Source: Candidatus Omnitrophota bacterium (GTDB taxonomy: Bacteria; Omnitrophota; Gorgyraeia; Zapsychrales; JBDRMG01). From it: a stretch of DNA of 41,663 bases. Shown piece by piece: positions 37,680-41,663 of the stretch; position 1 is the stretch's first letter; every line of letters begins with the position of its first letter. The notes under the pieces were generated by a model. That model was not told the origin of the DNA. It saw nothing but the letters and a program-made list of their open reading frames with translations, and ran no database searches. The stretch lies in the NCBI GenBank assembly GCA_043812495.1, contig JBDRMG010000017.1, forward strand, positions 1 through 41,663, given 5' to 3'. The translations under genes were made by a program, and so were the position numbers.

Positions 37680-37781
37680 TTAGGAGTGATCGCGTTTCTT
37701 GAGATGACGCTTAGATTTTCTTAATTTTTTTCTCTTGTGCGTTCTGATTTTCCTACTTTTTCTTTTTCGTCCACACGGCAT
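37680..37781 (-). CDS. Small basic protein, bS22/mS38 (AURKAIP1/COX24)-like ribosomal protein
   Basis: Manual translation MPCGRKRKSRKIRTHKRKKLRKSKRHLKKRDHS*; AAGAGGG SD; below the ORF-track size cutoff. Confidence 0.8.
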   Translation of the reverse strand: MPCGRKRKSRKIRTHKRKKLRKSKRHLKKRDHS

Positions 37782-37799
37782 AGCTTGACCCTCTTTTCA

Positions 37800-38675
37800 T
37801 CAATACACCAATTTATTAAGAGAATACTCGATGATTCCCTGCGCTCCCGCTTCTTTCAGCTGAGGAATCAGAATTCTGACAGTTGTTTCTTCAATCACTG
37901 TCTCCACGGCAAACCAATCTTTCTGACTTAAAGGAGAAATGGTCGGATTTTTTAACGAGGCCAAAAGACCAAGAATCTTATTGAGATCTTTCTTTTGAAC
38001 GTTAAGCTTGAGACCCACCATGTTGTCCGCCGCCATCGCTCCTTGAAGGAGCATTACCAATTGCTGCATTTTTTTTCGTTTCCAGGAATCCTGAGTCGCT
38101 TTTTTATTGGTGATAAATTGCGTGGTCGATTCGCAAATCGTTGAAACAATACGCAATTTGTTGGCCCTTAAACTCCGTCCTGTTTCGGTTAGCTCTACAA
38201 CGGCATCAACGAGCCCGGAGGCCACTTTGGCCTCGGTCGCTCCCCAGCTAAATTCGACGTCCGCATTCACTTTATTTTTTTTCAAATACTTCTTTGTCAC
38301 ATTAACAAGTTCGGTCGCGATACGCTTGCCTTTCAAATCCTTGACAGATCTTATGGTCGAGCTCTCCGGGGCAGCTAAAACCCAGCGCACTTTAACGGAA
38401 CTCTCCTTAGCATAGAGCAAATCCGCTAAGCGCACGACTTTTGAACCGTTTTCAAGAATCCAATCCTGTCCTGTAATTCCGCAATCCAGGGCTTCGTCTT
38501 CGACATAGCGTGACATTTCCTGGGCTCGCAAAAGAACCGGTTCGATTTCCGGATCATCAATGCCCGGAAAATACGAACGCCCTGAAATAAAAATTTTGAA
38601 TCCAGCTCGTTCAAAGACTTTAATCGTGGCCTCCTGGAGACTTCCTTTGGGTAGACCTAGTTTAAGTTTTTTCAT
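37800..38675 (-). CDS. hisG: ATP phosphoribosyltransferase (long form)
   Basis: [43 protein letters not shown]-terminal regulatory domain (PTISPL). Confidence 0.96.
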   Translation of the reverse strand: MKKLKLGLPKGSLQEATIKVFERAGFKIFISGRSYFPGIDDPEIEPVLLRAQEMSRYVEDEALDCGITGQDWILENGSKVVRLADLLYAKESSVKVRWVLAAPESSTIRSVKDLKGKRIATELVNVTKKYLKKNKVNADVEFSWGATEAKVASGLVDAVVELTETGRSLRANKLRIVSTICESTTQFITNKKATQDSWKRKKMQQLVMLLQGAMAADNMVGLKLNVQKKDLNKILGLLASLKNPTISPLSQKDWFAVETVIEETTVRILIPQLKEAGAQGIIEYSLNKLVY

Positions 38676-38766
38676 GTTTGATCTTTCCTTTTGTCTTCAA
38701 AATTATTTATAACGTAATTAATACCAAACCTTTATAGCGATGGGATTCTGAAAATGACGTGGACAT

Positions 38767-38795
38767 ATTATACATAGGGCCAAATATATTGTAAA
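38767..38795 (-). promoter_or_regulatory. Sigma70-type promoter of the hisG operon
   Basis: TTTACA-N17-TATAAT on the minus strand. Confidence 0.7.
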
Positions 38796-38806
38796 GGACT
38801 TTCATG

Positions 38807-38834
38807 CAAACGGCAACGTCAAACGGCAACGTCA
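38807..38834. repeat. 13-bp tandem duplication (caaacggcaacgt)x2
   Basis: Read directly from the sequence; just upstream of the hisG -35. Confidence 0.75.
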
Positions 38835-38851
38835 TAAAATCTTATATATTA

Positions 38852-39667
38852 CTATTTCTTGGATAATACGATTTGACTGAGAGGAACGAATTGAAGCTCG
38901 GTTAAGAGCTTTTCCAGTCGGTCTTGAGTCCTGTCAAGATAAAGAGAACGGAAAAAGCGATAACTCCACGGCACTTTGGGTTTTGGCGATTCTTCATCCA
39001 TTTCCCAGCATCGGATATAGGCATTGACGGCGATATTTTGGCTATTCAGCTGATCAATCGCTTTTTTCGTTTGCTGAATCGAAAGCAATCGCAGATAAAG
39101 ACCGCCGGCGACAGGATAGTTGTCCCCCAAAAATCTTACCGTCGATGGAGGAAATTCAATCAGTTCTTGGCGAACATGATATTGTACGCGCGGGGCATTG
39201 GGAATACCATAGCGAGGATGCAGCACGGGGTAAATGCTGGAATCATACTTGATGCCGACTTCCTCTAGAATACCCAAGGCCCACAGGCAGTTTTTCACAA
39301 TGGAGAAGTTAGGCGCCCGATATCCCAAAACAGGTTTGTTGGTGAGGGCGCTTAAAATGTCCATGGATTTCCTAATATCCTCCCGAAAAGATTCAGGCGT
39401 GTGCTTAAAAACCTCCAGAAATTGATAGCCATGGCTGGCGACCTCATGACCTTGCGCATCCATTCTTCTGACTAAGCCAGGATAACGCTCGGCGATGACC
39501 CCCAACACAAAGAACGTGGCTTGGGTTTGCATAACTTGCAGGAAATCAAGAACCCGTTCTGTATTTTTCACGATACGGGATTCGAGGGTATCGCTTAATC
39601 CTGCCGGATATTTGGTCCCGGCGATATGGTACCATTCCTCAATATCGATCCCTAAGGCATTCAGCAT
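38852..39667 (-). CDS. Polysaccharide deacetylase family protein (DUF3473-type), degenerate active site
   Basis: DIEEWY, ATFFVLG, GHEVASHG, GYRAPNFS, YDSSI, PVAGGLYLR. Confidence 0.85.
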   Translation of the reverse strand: MLNALGIDIEEWYHIAGTKYPAGLSDTLESRIVKNTERVLDFLQVMQTQATFFVLGVIAERYPGLVRRMDAQGHEVASHGYQFLEVFKHTPESFREDIRKSMDILSALTNKPVLGYRAPNFSIVKNCLWALGILEEVGIKYDSSIYPVLHPRYGIPNAPRVQYHVRQELIEFPPSTVRFLGDNYPVAGGLYLRLLSIQQTKKAIDQLNSQNIAVNAYIRCWEMDEESPKPKVPWSYRFFRSLYLDRTQDRLEKLLTELQFVPLSQIVLSKK

Positions 39668-39858
39668 AACTCCACTCTCATTTTAGGAATAAGGCCTTTC
39701 CCTATTAGGTCTTTTGACTCGACGCCAGAAAAGACGGGCCATTCTTTTTTGGATTGATAAATATCTCTTAACTTAAAGCAAGACAAATAGATGATGAAAA
39801 AGATTGAATGGCCCAGGTTCTTTCATTCAACCTAAATAAGAAAGAACCTAAAAGACAA

Positions 39859-39882
39859 CGGTAGTTTATCCGGTAGTTTATC
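39859..39882. repeat. 12-bp tandem duplication (cggtagtttatc)x2
   Basis: Read directly from the sequence. Confidence 0.75.
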
Positions 39883-39896
39883 ATAGGTAAAATTTC

Positions 39897-39925
39897 TTGT
39901 CAAAGCGCACTTTGATGGATATAAT
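39897..39925 (+). promoter_or_regulatory. Sigma70-type promoter of the SurA/PpiD-like gene
   Basis: TTGTCA-N17-TATAAT on the plus strand. Confidence 0.7.
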
Positions 39926-39942
39926 GAGTAAATTCTTCAAAA

Positions 39943-39964
39943 GTTAAGAAATCGATTTCTTAAC
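39943..39964. promoter_or_regulatory. Perfect 22-bp palindrome (operator-like)
   Basis: gttaagaaatc-gatttcttaac, 17 nt downstream of the -10. Confidence 0.5.
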
Positions 39965-39998
39965 ACTTCTTATCCAACCATTCATTAAAAGGATTCCT

Positions 39999-41480
39999 AT
40001 GTTAAAAGTTCTTCGCAAAAAAGGCGTCATGAAAAAAGTGCTCTGGGTCGTGGCCGTCGTCATTATTATTTCATTCGGATTCTTCGGGACGGCCAATTAT
40101 CTGAATAGACGACGCGGCGTTTCCTATGCGGGTCATATCTTTGGCCGTAAAATCAGCTTTGACGACTTCACCGATAGCTACGCTCACACCCGTAACCAAG
40201 CGATTCTTCGCTACGGAGACAATTTTTACCGCATTCAAGAACGACTGGATCTTGTCGCGGAAACGTGGGATCGATTGATTCTTCTGCATGAAGCCAAGAA
40301 AAGGAACATCCGCGTCTCTGATCAGGAGGTCGTTGCAGCCATCCAGGATTTTGAATTTTTTAAACGAGACAGCCAGTTCGATCAAGAGCTTTACGACATC
40401 ATTTTGCGCCGCGTCTTTCAAACTCAGCCGCGGAATTTTGAAGAGGGTATCCGCGAGTCTCTCCTGTTTCAGAAATTATACGAACAGGAAACCGAGAACC
40501 TCGCGCTCACAGACGAAGAAATCAAAGAACAATATCGATTAAAAAACGAGAAAGTCCAGGTCAGTTATATTTTATTCCTGACAGATGACTTCAAAAAGCA
40601 GGTTAATCTGGATCAGAAGGAAGTCGAAAACTATTTTCTTGAGCACAAAGAGGATTTTCGCTCACCCGATGCGATTAATCTTCAATACATCGAATTTGCT
40701 TTTCCGGCCGAAGCGACAGACGATCAAAAAGCCGCAATCGCGCTCAAAGCGCAAAGTGTATTTGACCAACTCATCGATCAAGAAGACTTTGAGGCCGTTA
40801 GTCAAACAAACGGTTTGAAAATTCAGGAAAGTGGTTTTTTCAGCCGAGAAAACCCAAAAATCACCATCGGATGGTCCATGGATCTTTTGCAGAAGGCCTT
40901 TGCTCTCAAGGCCGGTGAATTCAGTGATCCCATTGAAACGCCTCAAGGCTATTACATCCTGAAATTTAAGGAAAAAAGAAACTCTTACATTCCTGAACTG
41001 AAGGAAGCGCAACCCAACGTCAAACAGGTTCTCATCCTCCAGAAAGCCAGTCTGCTCGCGCAAGAAAAAGCCAACGAAATGCTTGCCAAAACAAAAGAAC
41101 GAAGGCAAGCTCATCCCGATGAACCCTTTGGAGATCTGGCCAAAAATCTTGGATTAAGCATCGAGCAAACCACACCTTTTATGCGCGGAGAATATATTCC
41201 TAAAATCGGGCTCGACAGAGAATTTCAAGAGGCTACCTTTTCCTTAAATAAAGATCGTGCAATGAGCGAAGTCATTAAAACGTCCAAAGGTTACAGTATT
41301 ATGCACTTTGACGACCTGATCGGCGTTGATGACAAAAAATTTGACGAGGAAAAGGAAGAATTTGCCGCATTTCTTCTTGAGCAGAAGAAAAACCAAGCGT
41401 TTACGCGATTTATTCTGGAACTGCGGTTAAAGGCCCGCCTGGAAGATCATATTTCTCAAATGAAGAAGGAGCAGGAATGA
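39999..41480 (+). CDS. Membrane-anchored SurA/PpiD-like periplasmic chaperone (parvulin-like domains)
   Basis: N-terminal TM anchor, SurA-N-like LLHEAKKRNIRVSDQEV, AFALKAGEFSDPIETPQGYYI, second degenerate PPIase repeat; AAGGA SD. Confidence 0.85.
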   Translation: MLKVLRKKGVMKKVLWVVAVVIIISFGFFGTANYLNRRRGVSYAGHIFGRKISFDDFTDSYAHTRNQAILRYGDNFYRIQERLDLVAETWDRLILLHEAKKRNIRVSDQEVVAAIQDFEFFKRDSQFDQELYDIILRRVFQTQPRNFEEGIRESLLFQKLYEQETENLALTDEEIKEQYRLKNEKVQVSYILFLTDDFKKQVNLDQKEVENYFLEHKEDFRSPDAINLQYIEFAFPAEATDDQKAAIALKAQSVFDQLIDQEDFEAVSQTNGLKIQESGFFSRENPKITIGWSMDLLQKAFALKAGEFSDPIETPQGYYILKFKEKRNSYIPELKEAQPNVKQVLILQKASLLAQEKANEMLAKTKERRQAHPDEPFGDLAKNLGLSIEQTTPFMRGEYIPKIGLDREFQEATFSLNKDRAMSEVIKTSKGYSIMHFDDLIGVDDKKFDEEKEEFAAFLLEQKKNQAFTRFILELRLKARLEDHISQMKKEQE

Positions 41481-41663
41481 ACCTCCCTGCCATAAATGGC
41501 AGGGTATCTTTGAGGTATTCCTTGAAGGTTCATTCTCCGAAGCCGAACACTCAAACCCTACTTCGCTCCAAAACTTTCGTTCTGCTTCGTCCGCCATTGA
41601 TTCATTGGCGGACTTCGCAGAACTCGTTTGGGAGCTTCGTAGGGTTCTCCTTCGCCTTCATCT
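41477..41663 (-). mobile_element. Putative non-autonomous IS200/IS605-derived miniature element with nested palindromes (truncated by the window edge)
   Basis: Hairpin cctgcca-taaa-tggcagg homologous to 17544-17576; long interrupted inverted repeat 41554-41646 with a GTCCGCCA..TGGCGGAC core. Confidence 0.55.

Noticed and set aside
1916..39686. Numerous plus-strand ORFs antisense to housekeeping genes (e.g. 24271-24858, 32491-33027, 33300-33899)
   Set aside because: Shadow frames of well-supported minus-strand genes with no recognisable motifs.

Overview
Core-genome region of a diderm (LPS-producing) bacterium; gene content and order suggest Omnitrophota/PVC (inference). About 39 kb is encoded on the minus strand, in transcription order: polysaccharide deacetylase-like gene, hisG, an unannotated 33-aa bS22/mS38-like ribosomal protein, a TPR protein, ispE-spoVG-tRNA(Gln)-[GIY-YIG pseudogene, small ORF]-glmU-prs-rplY-pth-rpsF-ssb-rpsR-rplI-dnaB, bamA-skp-lpxD-lpxC/fabZ-lpxA-lpxI, a hypothetical gene, lysS-lolC/E-lolD-ilvE-mcsA-mcsB-clpC-(hypothetical)-radA-PIN/TRAM-ispD-ispF-cysE-cysS-tmk-holB-ricT/yaaT-metG and a GT-C-type membrane protein running off the left edge. 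One plus-strand SurA/PpiD-like gene ends the window. The genes are mostly housekeeping; the unusual signal is intergenic. (i) A two-copy promoter-plus-leader cassette has an invariant scaffold and unrelated hairpin arms (9414-9596, 20850-20992). (ii) A family of nested palindromes carries a GTCCGCCA..TGGCGGAC core and covarying IS200/IS605-right-end-like hairpins. (iii) An inverted REP-like pair joins tRNA-Gln to a dead GIY-YIG nuclease. Protein-level oddities include CysE with an N-terminal membrane anchor, SpoVG with a zinc-ribbon insert, a deacetylase lacking catalytic histidines and a probable leaderless bamA mRNA. No database searches were run; all family assignments come from motif recognition.
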